Source: a virus
Taxonomy: Duplodnaviria > Caudoviricetes
Length of the DNA stretch: 59,513 bases
Direction: 5' to 3' (one strand)
Virus record (IMG/VR): IMGVR_UViG_3300027851_000002
Span: 1 to 59,513 of that record
Position numbers and translations under genes: made by a program. Each line of letters begins with the position of its first letter. The stretch's first letter is position 1. Below, piece after piece: positions 19,254-31,100 of this stretch. A model generated the notes under the pieces. The model was not told the origin of the DNA and ran no database searches. It worked only from the letters and a program-made list of their open reading frames with translations.

Positions 19254-20294
19254 ATGATGTCAGAAAACGAATTTTACGAACTACAGGGTGATGCTTATCG
19301 CGGTTCAAAATATGCGAATTTTGCTGGTGGTGGTGTAACCCCGCAGGGCAACGTATCCAGCGCGGTAACTGAAAACAACGCCAATCTTGTCGGAACATCG
19401 GCTGATGCTGCCGATGCCGCACCAACTCCGGTTTCAGAGGGTCTGACCGCTGAACTGCCCAGCACAAGCGATCTGGTTATTGGCGGTGCCCTTCCCTATG
19501 CAGGTAAAGCGGTCGGTGAGGCCGCTGGAGCCGCTATTGGTGCAGGTGCAGACTTCGGTACAGCTATTGGTGAAGGTATATCAAATCTTGCCGGTAAGGT
19601 CAGCGGTGGCCTCATCGGGACAACTGGGGCAGGGTCAACAGCAACAAATGCTGCCTTGAAAGGTCTTGGCGGTCAGTTCGGGCCAGCTACATCGGCTCAG
19701 GTCACAAATGCTGCTGGCGGTGCAGCCAGTAAGCTTGGAAGTTCTATTAACTTTGGTGGAGCTGCTGGTGCAGGTATTGCTGCCGCAGCCACTACATTAC
19801 TCACAGGGGGAAATTTAAAGGATGCAGCAAAATCCGGAGTTGGTACGGCTGTTGGTACAGCTATTGGTTCTGCTTTTGGCCCCATTGGCGGTTTTGTTGG
19901 TGGTACAATTGGTGGTATGCTGGGCGGTCGCGTGATCTGTACGCAGCTTGTACGTGATGGCCTGCTGGAAAAATCCGACCAGTTGCTTGATATGGAATTT
20001 ACATTCAGGGCGCTATCACATATCCATGTCCGTGGTTACTTGTTCTGGGGCAAGCCGTGGGTTCGCCACATGAGAAAGAGCGAGCGGGCGCGGCGCTACA
20101 CCTTGGCAGTTGTGAAATGGCGACTTGATGAGATCAAATACCAGATGGGTCTGCGCGACAAGCCGGATTATCGGGGTAAAATTGTTCGCTTTATTGGCGA
20201 AAACGCTTGCTTTATAATCGGCCTTTTCCTGAAAGATACAAAGGAAACGGTCATTTACAGAAAGGATAACGAAAATGCAAGGTATGCAGAATAA
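19254..20294 (+). CDS. Gly/Ala-rich internal virion protein with 'VICT' C-terminal domain
   Basis: Glycine-zipper segment, then 'GGRVICTQL...GYLFWGKPWV'. Confidence 0.6.
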   Translation: MMSENEFYELQGDAYRGSKYANFAGGGVTPQGNVSSAVTENNANLVGTSADAADAAPTPVSEGLTAELPSTSDLVIGGALPYAGKAVGEAAGAAIGAGADFGTAIGEGISNLAGKVSGGLIGTTGAGSTATNAALKGLGGQFGPATSAQVTNAAGGAASKLGSSINFGGAAGAGIAAAATTLLTGGNLKDAAKSGVGTAVGTAIGSAFGPIGGFVGGTIGGMLGGRVICTQLVRDGLLEKSDQLLDMEFTFRALSHIHVRGYLFWGKPWVRHMRKSERARRYTLAVVKWRLDEIKYQMGLRDKPDYRGKIVRFIGENACFIIGLFLKDTKETVIYRKDNENARYAE

Positions 20295-20655
20295 TCAGAA
20301 CATGGCTCCACAACAAGCTGGCGGGGCGGCACCGAACATGAGCGTGGGCTCTCCGGAACCGTCCGGACTGAGGCCAGTGTCCGAAATCGGTTTTAACCAA
20401 GATGTTCAAAACATCGTTTTGAGCCGTATCCAGACAATGACACCGGAAGAAGAAGCCGTTCTTGATGCGGTAATAACGCCTCAAACAATAGGGGTTTTTG
20501 TTAAAATTCTTCCAGAACTTAAACCGCTGTTTGACATGATGGGTGCAGGCGGGCCACCGCAAAATATCACCGCACCAGCTGGGCCACCTCAGGCAGTACC
20601 CGGAGGTCCATCTGGGCCTTCTTCTGGCCTCATGGGTGGCGGGTTTACTGGTTAA
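20275..20655 (+). CDS. Hypothetical Pro/Gly-rich protein
   Basis: AGGA RBS, in operon. Confidence 0.6.
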   Translation: MQGMQNNQNMAPQQAGGAAPNMSVGSPEPSGLRPVSEIGFNQDVQNIVLSRIQTMTPEEEAVLDAVITPQTIGVFVKILPELKPLFDMMGAGGPPQNITAPAGPPQAVPGGPSGPSSGLMGGGFTG

Positions 20656-20680
20656 CTTTGGTTGATTTGGAGTTGCTGAC

Positions 20681-21277
20681 ATGAGCTTTTGGAGCTTCAT
20701 AAAAGACGTTATGCCAACGGCCATGAAAGCGGGCTCTATCATCTATGGTGCCAGTCAAGAAGCCAAGGCCACGAAGCAGGCCGCACAGCAACTCCAGTCA
20801 GGAAATACCGCAGCCACACAGGTCGCTCAGGAAAGCCGTGCAGCGGCCAGCCCGGGGCTTCTGGCCACACAAGAAATCATCGCACGGGGCGGCAAGCTAA
20901 ATCCAGTTCAGGAAGCCGCCGTTCAGGACTCCCGCGCACAGGCCCTGAACGCTCTCAAGGGCTCATCGTTACGCGGTTCGGCTCGGGCGACAAGTGCTGT
21001 TGTGAGTGATACCGACAGGCGTGTACGGGATAACCTTGCAGCACAAAATCAGGCCCGTGCGGATTCCGCTGCCGGTGGCCTCACCCAGCAATATTTCAAT
21101 ACCGGCAACACGGTATCCCAAGGCCTTATGAATACTGGTGAGATTGATGCCAGCAGTACCTTGGGGCAGTCAAAGGTGCGCGGGCAGGCCATCGGTGATA
21201 TTGGGGCTATTATCGCTGATAGCCTCAAGGGAGACTTGGCCAAGAAGCGTGATTCCAGTTACGAGAGGGTTGAATGA
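20681..21277 (+). CDS. DNA ejection protein (P22 gp7-like)
   Basis: Ala/Gln-rich, 'LRGSARA'; position before larger ejection proteins. Confidence 0.6.
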   Translation: MSFWSFIKDVMPTAMKAGSIIYGASQEAKATKQAAQQLQSGNTAATQVAQESRAAASPGLLATQEIIARGGKLNPVQEAAVQDSRAQALNALKGSSLRGSARATSAVVSDTDRRVRDNLAAQNQARADSAAGGLTQQYFNTGNTVSQGLMNTGEIDASSTLGQSKVRGQAIGDIGAIIADSLKGDLAKKRDSSYERVE

Positions 21278-22188
21278 ACCAGAATCTTCTAAACCAGATC
21301 GCTGCACCAACAAATACCGTTGCCAATGCATTTGAGGCGCGTACCAATCAGCTCGATCAGCAACGTAAAGATGAAGCCGCTGTTCAGAGACAGCGTGACA
21401 ACGACATGTTGAAGGTGTTCGAGTTTGCCGGTGATGGTATGACAGAAGAAGCCAAGATTTATGCCAAAACAAAGGGTATCGAGGTTCCGGAACAAATCTA
21501 TCAAAATTCTGATTTCGCCAAAGGTCTGACCTTGGCTGGAAAGCTGTATGGCAGTGACCCCGTTGCGGCACAGAAGTTCACAACGGCTTGGTCGGCCAAT
21601 CCAACAGGTGATTTCCAGACACGCCTGCAAGCCGCACAGGCCGCTGCCGGTGTTCCGATTGATCCGGCTGACCGTGATTATCAGCGCAAAATCCAGTTCG
21701 AGATGTGGAAGATCAACAACCTTCCGAAAAAGGCAGGTGCTGCCGGATTTAGCCTCAGCCCGGGGCAGACACGTTACGATCAGAGCGGAAATGTGATCGC
21801 TCAGGCCGAACAAAGAGATGGCTCGTACGAAGCCTACCAGAAGGCGTATAACGCCACGCTTGGCGGCATGGGAGATGTAAACGAGGCGCATGAGGCCGGG
21901 TTGAAGGCTGCTGAGCAGTATAAGATGTTCAAGCAGCAAGGAGGAGGCCAGACCGGTGGTGTAAGCCCCGGACTGATGATGCCGCCCCAAGGTGCAGGAA
22001 CCCCTGTAAATACAGGCGGCGCTGGCGGGCAAGTCGCTTCGCCGCAACGCACCACGGCACCCCCGATACAGACTCAGCCACCCCCTAGCGGATTACCCGC
22101 TGGTAGTGTTATGATTGGTACTGCGAATGGCAGACCTGTATATCAAGCACCAAATGGGGAAAGATTCATAGACGATGGCAATCCGTAG
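21274..22188 (+). CDS. DNA ejection/internal virion protein
   Basis: 'FSLSPGQTRYDQSGNVIAQ' motif; Gln/Ala-rich. Confidence 0.6.
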   Translation: MNQNLLNQIAAPTNTVANAFEARTNQLDQQRKDEAAVQRQRDNDMLKVFEFAGDGMTEEAKIYAKTKGIEVPEQIYQNSDFAKGLTLAGKLYGSDPVAAQKFTTAWSANPTGDFQTRLQAAQAAAGVPIDPADRDYQRKIQFEMWKINNLPKKAGAAGFSLSPGQTRYDQSGNVIAQAEQRDGSYEAYQKAYNATLGGMGDVNEAHEAGLKAAEQYKMFKQQGGGQTGGVSPGLMMPPQGAGTPVNTGGAGGQVASPQRTTAPPIQTQPPPSGLPAGSVMIGTANGRPVYQAPNGERFIDDGNP

Positions 22189-25100
22189 ATTAGGCGATCA
22201 GGAAGAAGTTGTTCTCGACCAGAAACAGGCACCTGCTGTTTCAACAAATCAGCCCGCCAGCACCCTGAGAAAGCTTGCCCCCGGCGAGGAAATAACGCTC
22301 GATTCTGAACGGTCGGAGCTTACGCCCCGTGCGACATCACCGATTTATTATCCCAAAGCCGAGGAAGATCCGTCACTTCTGGGTCACTTAAAGGCCGGTG
22401 CCGTTGATGCTGGACGTAGATTTTATGGGATGCAGGCGAATGTTCTCGACACCTTGGCCCAAAAGGCTGATAGGGCAGAATATGCTGCACAGAAGGCATA
22501 TTACGACATCTTTGGCTACCCTGAGCCCGACCCAAATGCTGTTGATACGCTTTCCGTTCCGGAGGGTAATGTCGTTTCAGAAGGCCTTCGCCAGACCGCA
22601 GATGAAATTTTCCGCAAAGAACGCAATCTCGCCGGTATCAATCAGGCCGCAAATGTTGTCGATACCGTTGAATGGGATGAAATAAACCCGTTTGAGCAGG
22701 AAATATCTGACATTGAGCCCGGCAAGGTTGGTCGTTTCGTTCTAGAGCAGGGGGCGAGAAGCCTGCCAGAAATGGCCATTGCCTTTGTTCCTGTCACTGG
22801 ATTACCATCCATAACGGCAACAACGGCGCAAAACATTCTTGAAGAAAGACAGATCAATCAAGGCCGCTCCGCTACTGACCTTCCAGCAAGTGAAGATATG
22901 TCAACGGCTCTGGCAACGGGTGTCGTTTCTGCCGGTCTTGAGCGTCTCGGGGTTCTTGGTGATGTCGCCAGCGACTTTGGTGGTACTGCGGCGCGGGTAT
23001 CCAGTGCTTCTCAGCTTCCGACCGCGATGCTGAAATCAGGTGCGGGCGAGGCCGCAACGGAATTTGTTCAAGAAGGTACGGAATATGTCGGTTCCACGCT
23101 GGGCACAGACAAAGAAGTGACCGGCAGGGAGTTCGTTGAGTCCGGTATGCAGGGTTCACTGGTCGGCGGGCCGACTGGTGCGGCGGTGCGCGGCGGTACA
23201 GAAGCCGTTGGCCTATTGGGCAGTAAATCAGGTGCAGAGATCATAGATGATGGGCAGAGCCAGCAAAATATGGGCTCAGAACAGGCTGGGCCAGATGGTG
23301 CTGCGGAAACCGTTCAGACCGAGCCCGCCGCCGCTCCAGAGCAGGCACAGGAAGCTATGGTTCAGGAAAATCAGCGCATAGCCGCTCAGGTCGATGCGCC
23401 GGTCGGCAGAGATGATCTGGCCGAAGCCATTGCAAATAATACCCCGCTGCCGGAGAAAAGAACGATTGATCTGCCCGATGTTCCAATAGCACCTGAATTG
23501 CAGGCGCAAGGCTTCCAAGTCGGTGGCCAAGCCCAGCAGGTCAACGAGGATGGAGAAGTTATCGAGGGCACCGTTGCGTCTGCCGAGATGATTGATGGCG
23601 AGCTTGAAGTCACCGTGGTTGACCCTGCGGGCAATCTCCGCACCCTGTTTGCCGGTGATGGGCAGATCGCCGCCGTACCGCTGACCCCGCCTGCCGCCGC
23701 TGTGGCTTTACCCAATCAGCAAGCGGTAGTCACGGATCAGACATTGCAATCCAAGGCAAACAGCATAGACGATCTAAGGGATGGCCTTGGCAGCATAGGT
23801 AGCGCTATCGGTGATAGTTTTGTGCAAGGTTTTTACGATACCTTGTCTGGTGGCCCAAATAAATCATCTGCCTTTCGAAATGAGCGTCAGTTTAAAGCTG
23901 CACAAGAGGCATTTAAGCGCGGTGAAATCCGCGATGCCCAAGACCTGCGCCGTTTCCTCGAAACGGGCTCCAGCGGCTTTGTTCCGGCCAAGCCAGCGCC
24001 TGCAAAGGCGAAACCGGAGAACCCGTACACCGCGATGGGGATTGATGATCTTAAAAGCTCTATGGAATATATTAAAAATCAGGTGAAAGGCGGTGGCGGC
24101 TGGAACAAGATGCTGACCGACAACAACCGCAAAATCCGCGCCGAGCTGGACAGCCGCTTCCCCGGATGGGATACCCCTGAAAAGGTCGAGGCCGCCGCTC
24201 AGGAAGCCCTGCCGGAACCGACAGAAGCGCAAAAAGAGGCCGGTAACTATAAGAAAGGCCATGTGTCCATTCAGGGGCTTCCGGTGTCTATCGAGATCGC
24301 CAAGGGCGGAAAACGCCGCGGTAAATCCGGTGATGGTACGGAATGGGAAACCGACATGCCCGCACATTACGGCTATATCAAGCGCACCAAGGGTGCCGAT
24401 GGTGAGCAGGTCGATGTTTATGTTGGTGATAACCCAGAGGCTGAGAATGTCTATGTGGTCGATCAAATATACAGCGGCGGTGCCTTTGATGAACATAAGG
24501 CCATGATTGGCTTCCCATCTCAGGAGGCCGCTACGGCAGCATATCAGGCCGCTTTCAGCGATGGTAGCGGGGCGGGCCGGATGGGTGCCGTAACTGCTAT
24601 GCCGATGGCCGAGTTCAAGAATTGGCTCAAGACAGGCAATAACAGAAAGCCCGTTGCCTATAAAATGCCTGATTTTGAACCAGCCGGTGATGCCCTTGCC
24701 CGCCGCGTTGTCGGGAGCGTATTCGATACCCTGAATAACGACCAGCAGAGCGATGTGGTCAGAATGGTTATACATGCCCGCGATACCCAGAAAGCGGGCA
24801 GTATTGACATGCTTGCCATGCGTATCGTTCAGTCCCTCAATCTGGCCAGCCAGTTAAAGGATATGGGCGATGGGGCACGTATTGGAAATATGGTCACAAG
24901 AGCCCTGAACATCAGCAGAAAGTTCTCAAACCTGCTGTCAAAGGACAGAGCGGCGAAGCCGACAGAGAGCCTGAAAAAGGCCATGGACAAGCTTTTTGAG
25001 GAGGTCGAAGCAGCGGATGCCTATATCAAGAAAAACACTGAAAAACCTGCACAAGATGAATCGCCGGCAGAACCGAAAACAGTTGCCGAAGAACCAGAAC

Positions 25101-28100
25101 CACGCGCTACCGCGCCGGATACCGCACAGCAAGATAGCCGTTCTGTAGATCAGGGACAAGAGAATACCCAGCCCGCGCAGACGCAACAGGAAGTTGTCAC
25201 GAAGCCGGAACCAGAACCTTCACCGGCAGCGGAGGGGCAGGACGCTCCTCTGGCCGACCAGAGTAAAAAAGAATCAGTCCGTCAAAAAATAGAGCTTTAT
25301 CCCTACGAAGAAGGAAAAATGTCTCCATCCGTAAAGGTAATGAATGAATCCATATCATTCGTTAATTCATTGACTGACGAGCAATATAAGTTTGTCGAAG
25401 AAATACTTGGAATGAACCCGAGAAATTTTATAGGGACACATAATGCTGAGCAAACCCTTAGAAATTTAAAAGAGATTGTTGATGAACACACCAAAAGAAC
25501 CAAAACTTTTGTTCATAACGGCGTAACCATATATCCGACAACCATAAACGGTAAAAATTATTGGGCAGTTCAACAGCCGGGTAACGCAGAAAAAGGTAGC
25601 GTTATGGGAGACACCCTTCACGAAATCCGTGAAGATGCTATCGAGCAGGCCGAACGTGACATCTCTCGCCGCAAAAATGATGCAGAGCGCGAAAGGGAAT
25701 TGCAGGCTGAAAAAGAAAAAGAGCAGGCTCGCAAAGATAAAAACCGTGGAAAATCTATCACGGAACGCAGAGCCGATGCAGTTCTCGATAAAGCCCACAA
25801 CTTCAACAATAAATCCGTTGCGGGCATGGGAAATACCCGCCGTGAGGTAATCCAATCAGCAATTGAGAAAGGCTGGCGCTTTGAAGAAGAAGCAGTAACT
25901 GATACCGCCGCAAAGAAGCGAGATCAGGATAAGATAGATCGTGCCCAAAAATCTGGATACATACTTGGCCTTAGCAACGAAAACATCCCAGCCGTAAAGG
26001 AAGCTCTGGAGGCGCGGGCACGTCTGAAAGATAATAAATACAGCAAGCCTGAATATGTGATGTATGTTGGCGACACAGACACATCATTTACCATTTCAAA
26101 GACAGAATATGATTATGCACAGTCTTTGACTTCACATCAGGCAGACACAACTCCGAAAGATCAGGGACAGGACGATGCCGTTCCGGAAGGTCTGAAAAAG
26201 ACATTTGAAATGCTTGATGAGGCCATATCTGAAAAGAGTGCCGCTGGCCTGCGAACGCTGCTTGGCAATCTCGAAAACAAGCGCACCCGCGCCAGATTTG
26301 AGGAAAAGACCGGTATCAAGCTGCCAAAGACCAAAGCTGGTACTTTGAAGGCAATCGATGATTTTGCAGGTGTATCTCAAGAGCAAAGAGAGTCTATCGA
26401 TTCAACAAGAAGTGACGATCAGAAAAAATCCGGGACCCAGCGCGAGCTGATACGACTTGGAAAGCGTTTGAGTGTCGGACTCATCAAAGATGCTGATGGA
26501 ATCGAACGTACACCAAAAGAATGGGTCGATAAGGCAATTAAAGATGGATATGACAACATCATACGTTCTGTTATAAACGGAAAAACAAAATATGCTTTGG
26601 TCAACGGAAAAGGTTCTGGTTACGAACTTGGAAAAATCAGAATTAAAAAACTAAACGGATTGGCTACTGAAATACGCCAGTACGTTCTTGCCGTTACTGG
26701 AAAGGATGTAATAGAAGCTGCTGACTTCAATGCAAAGATAAAGACCGTTCAGGAAGAAAAAAAACCTCAGCCTAAAAATACTTCTACCGCAGAACAAGAT
26801 GAAAAAATTGAGGATTTCGGAGAAAAGCTGGAAGGTGCAAAAAAAGACCTCTGGAAGGATTACAAAAAATCTTTCAGTGATGAGTTGCCGACCGACCTTT
26901 CTGAAATAACGCTGGCGAAACACTTCCCGGAACCAGACTATGCCAAGCTGATTGCCGATGGTGCCGAAGTGCGCGATCTGGCCGCTGTGAAGGCCATGCG
27001 GGATATTATCCCGCCGAAGCCGAGAAAGTCTTGGAAGCTTAAATCTTGGGCTGGTCAGGTTTCCTCATTGCGCGAGTTCACGGACGATATTTTGAATGGC
27101 CGCACCGAGGCCGATACCGTTGTAAAAATGATGCGCGAAACCAGCAGCGGGTTGGCGAAAATAGCCGACAACATAGATTTATATACCGAGCTGGGTTATC
27201 CGGCTTTCACGAAGGCGAAGGACTGGTCTGTGGGGTACGCTTCATATTCTATGTATGATGGCAAGAGGTACGACCCGCCAAAGAATATGTGGAGCCTGTC
27301 AAAAGGCCGATCATTTGGCCGTGCCTTTGATACCCGCGAGGAGGCCGTGAACAGCCTGCGCGGTACCCTGACTGCCGAGATCGAGGCGGGGCCGCAGAAA
27401 AGAAAAGTCACGCTTGATCTATTCAAGGATAACCGTACCGGTGATTTCTTCATCGGTAAGAAGATTGCCGCTGGGAAGATCATCCGTCTTAAAGAGGGCT
27501 TTAATTCCTCCAAAGAGGCGCGTGAGTACATGAAGGAAAACGAGAACGATCTGGTAGAGGATTTGGAAAAGCGCCGTAAAACCCGTTCGGAACGCAGGGA
27601 GTCGAATAATCCCCGTGTCGGACAGGATTACCGTGGTGCCGAAGATGCTACCCCAGAAAAGTTTGCCGCAGAGTTCGGATTCAGGGGTGTCCAGTTCGGG
27701 AACTATGTCGAGCAAGGCCGCCGCGCAATGGATTTGAACGATGCCTATGATGCGCTCATGGATATGTCTGCCATTGTCGGTATCCCTTCCCGTGCCGTAT
27801 CCCTGAACGGAACGCTTGGTCTGGCCTTTGGTGCGCGTGGTTCTGGTGGCATAAACCCAGCTGCGGCACATTATGAGTCGGACAATATCGTTATCAATAT
27901 GACCAAAGCATCAGGCGCAGGCAGTCTTGGTCACGAATGGTTTCATGCCATGGATCACTATTTTGGCAGCAAAAAGGGCGGTCTCTATCTGACAGAAAAT
28001 TACAAGTATTCCCCTGAGCTGCGCAAAGAAATATCCGAAGCCTTTGAGGGTGTCGTTTCTGCCATAGACAAAACCGGCATGGAGAAACGGTCAAAAGAGA

Positions 28101-31100
28101 TCGATAAGACCAGATCAAAGGATTACTGGTCAACGGTACGGGAAATGGGTGCGCGGGCGTTTGAGGCGTACCTTGTCCATAAGGCCGATGTTAAAAAAGA
28201 GTCGAACGACTATCTGGCCAACATTCTGGGCGAGGAGTCTTGGAATATCCTGTACGGCGAAAACCAGAACACATCGACATATCCGTATCCGACCAAGGCG
28301 GAGATGGAGAAATACATCGCGCCTGCTTTCGACAAGCTGTTTGAAACCATACAGACCGAAGAAACCGGCGATGGTGTTGCCATGTTCAGTCTTGGAAATG
28401 GCGCGGCGCAGCGTTTGCAGTCCAGTCTTATCAAGGCCGCAGATGGTCTAAAACAGGCCAAGGCCACCGGCGATCAGTACCTTGCCATGCTGCGTAAAAC
28501 CGCAGGGGTCAAAGAGGAAGAAATTGCTTGGACAGGTCTGGATGATTTCCTTGCCGGTCGTAAAGGTGTCACCAAAAAAGAGGTTGTTGACTATCTCAAC
28601 GACAATCAGGTTCAGGTCAATGAAGTGGTTCTTGGTCAAACAGACGATAATATCTATGGAATCCGTGACCCCAATACTGATGAAATAATTGAAACCGCAA
28701 CCTCTCGTCCAGAAGCCGAGCGCCGCCGTGATGCTCTTGAAGAAGAATTGGACAGAACGCTTTATGTGGAGGCTGTTTCTGGAACGGATGAACTGTCCGG
28801 TGAACAGGTAAGCGGTGAAACAAAATTCTCCAAATACACCCTTCCGGGCGGTGAGAACTACCGTGAGGTTTTGTTTACGCTTCCGACAGAAAATTACGAC
28901 AACATACAGGAACAACTTGGAGATTTTGAAAAATACCCTGCGGGCAGTCCAGAACGGGCGAAACTTCGTTCTAAGCAGGAGCAAGTACCGGACAGTTTCA
29001 AATCCTCCCACTTCGATCAGCCCAACATCATCGCCCATGTGCGCCTAAACGACCGAACCGATGCGGATGGAAATCGCGTCCTGTTCATCGAGGAGATTCA
29101 ATCCGACTGGCATCAGGCTGGGCGTAAGAAGGGGTATAAAAACGATACTACCGTTGACACGTCAGGATGGACGGCTGAAAAGACATACGATAATGGTGTC
29201 CGTATATGGATTATTAAAGATGCGAATGGGAATAAAGTACACTCGTACAATTTCTCCGATCAATCGCCTGAACAGGTTATAGAAAGAGCAGCTGAGGTTA
29301 AGCGCGGTCGAGAAAATATTACAGCCGTACCCGACGCGCCATTCAAAAAATCATGGCACGAGATGGCCTTCCGGCGCGTGGCACAGATGGCCGCGCAGGG
29401 CGGGTATGATCGCGTGGCATGGACACCGGGGCAGATTCAAAACGACAGATATGATCTAAGCCATCAGGTCAGTGAAATAAACGTGTTCAACCATGGCGAT
29501 GGTAAGAAATGGGATATAAGTGCCCGCACCAAAGGTGGAAACAGACTCAAGGATATTGCAACGGATATTCCGGCAGAAAAGCTTTCTGACTATATCGGCA
29601 AGGAGCTTGCAGAAAGAGCCGTAAAAGAGAAAACAGATCGTGGCTGGAAAAACTTTTCCGGTGTTGACCTGAAAGTCGGCGGCGAAGGCATGAAGGGTTT
29701 TTACGACAATATTCTTGTCAAATACGCCAACAAGTTCGGTAAGAAATATGGTTCTTCTTCCAGTACGGTTTTTCTAGAAAATCGTGGTGGAATCAGTGGC
29801 GAAGAAATCATGCGCTCAATGGGTAGAAATCCTGACGATTGGTCTGGATTCACACAGCCCGAGCGTGACGATATGATGCGTAGTTATAGAAAAAATGGGA
29901 TTAAGGTTTGGGGATTACAGATCACGGACGATATGCGCCGGTCGGCAGATGCCGGATTTGAGCTTTTCAGCCGCACCGGAGCCGTTGTTTCGCAGGAGCG
30001 CACCGCAGAGGCCATAAAACAGATCGAGGATGCCCTGAACGACCGTATGCGCACCTACGGCTATTCCACGGCAGATGTACGCCTGTTCAATGACGCACGG
30101 GAAACTGGTATCCCCGGAGTGCCGGACGATGTGCAGGGTGCATACTATCGCGGAATTATCCATATCTCTTTAAACGCCAAAGACCCGCTTGCGGTTCTTG
30201 ACCACGAGGCTATCCACGATCTCCGCGCCGCAGGAGCCTTCACAGAGGCAGAATGGCGGCTTCTGGAGGCCAAGGCACCCCAATGGCGGGATAAGTACGG
30301 AATAGATGCTCTGGACAGTTATGGAGGTCTGGGGCTATCCGAAACACGCCTTAACGAGGAGGCCATTGCCCATGCGTTTCAAGACGCTGAGGTAAGCGGC
30401 CCTGTCCGGCGCATTGCCAACCGTGTGCTGCGCTTCCTGAGAGAGATAAAAGCCTTCCTGACCGGAAACCCGTACCAGTTCAATTCGGTGGAGGAGATTT
30501 TCGATGCGGTGCGGCGTGGCGAGATTTCAAAGCGGAAGGATACGAAGCGTAGCACAGAAACCGATGAGATCACTTCTTCCACAGAAGGCATTAAAACCAA
30601 TACTGACGCTTTCAAAAAGTGGTTCGGTGATTCAAAGGTTGTCGATAAGAACGGCAAGCCATTGGTGGTTTATCATGGGACTGGATATGATCTTAAAACT
30701 ATCAAGCAGGTCAACACTAAAGCCAGCTTGAATGAGGGTATCTATTTTACTGACAGCCCTGTCACGGCATCCGCTTACGCCTATAGCGACAATGATATTC
30801 GGACACTAAAGGATAATAGGCCTATATTAAAGCGCATGATGTCCGGAAAGGTCGCCCCCAATGTTTATCCTGTATATCTTTCCATCAAGAATCCTTACAT
30901 AGATAATGGTTCGCCAACTCCAAGCCAGCGGAGTCTTAAAAAGCAGGGATATGACGGTATCATTAGGGAACGCGGTGGTGGTGAGACACACTATGTAGCC
31001 TTCGAGCCAACCCAGATAAAATCCGTTTTCAATCAGGGAACTTTTGACCCTGACAGTGAATTTATCATGTATAGCCTGCCAAAATCCCCCGCACCGGCGC

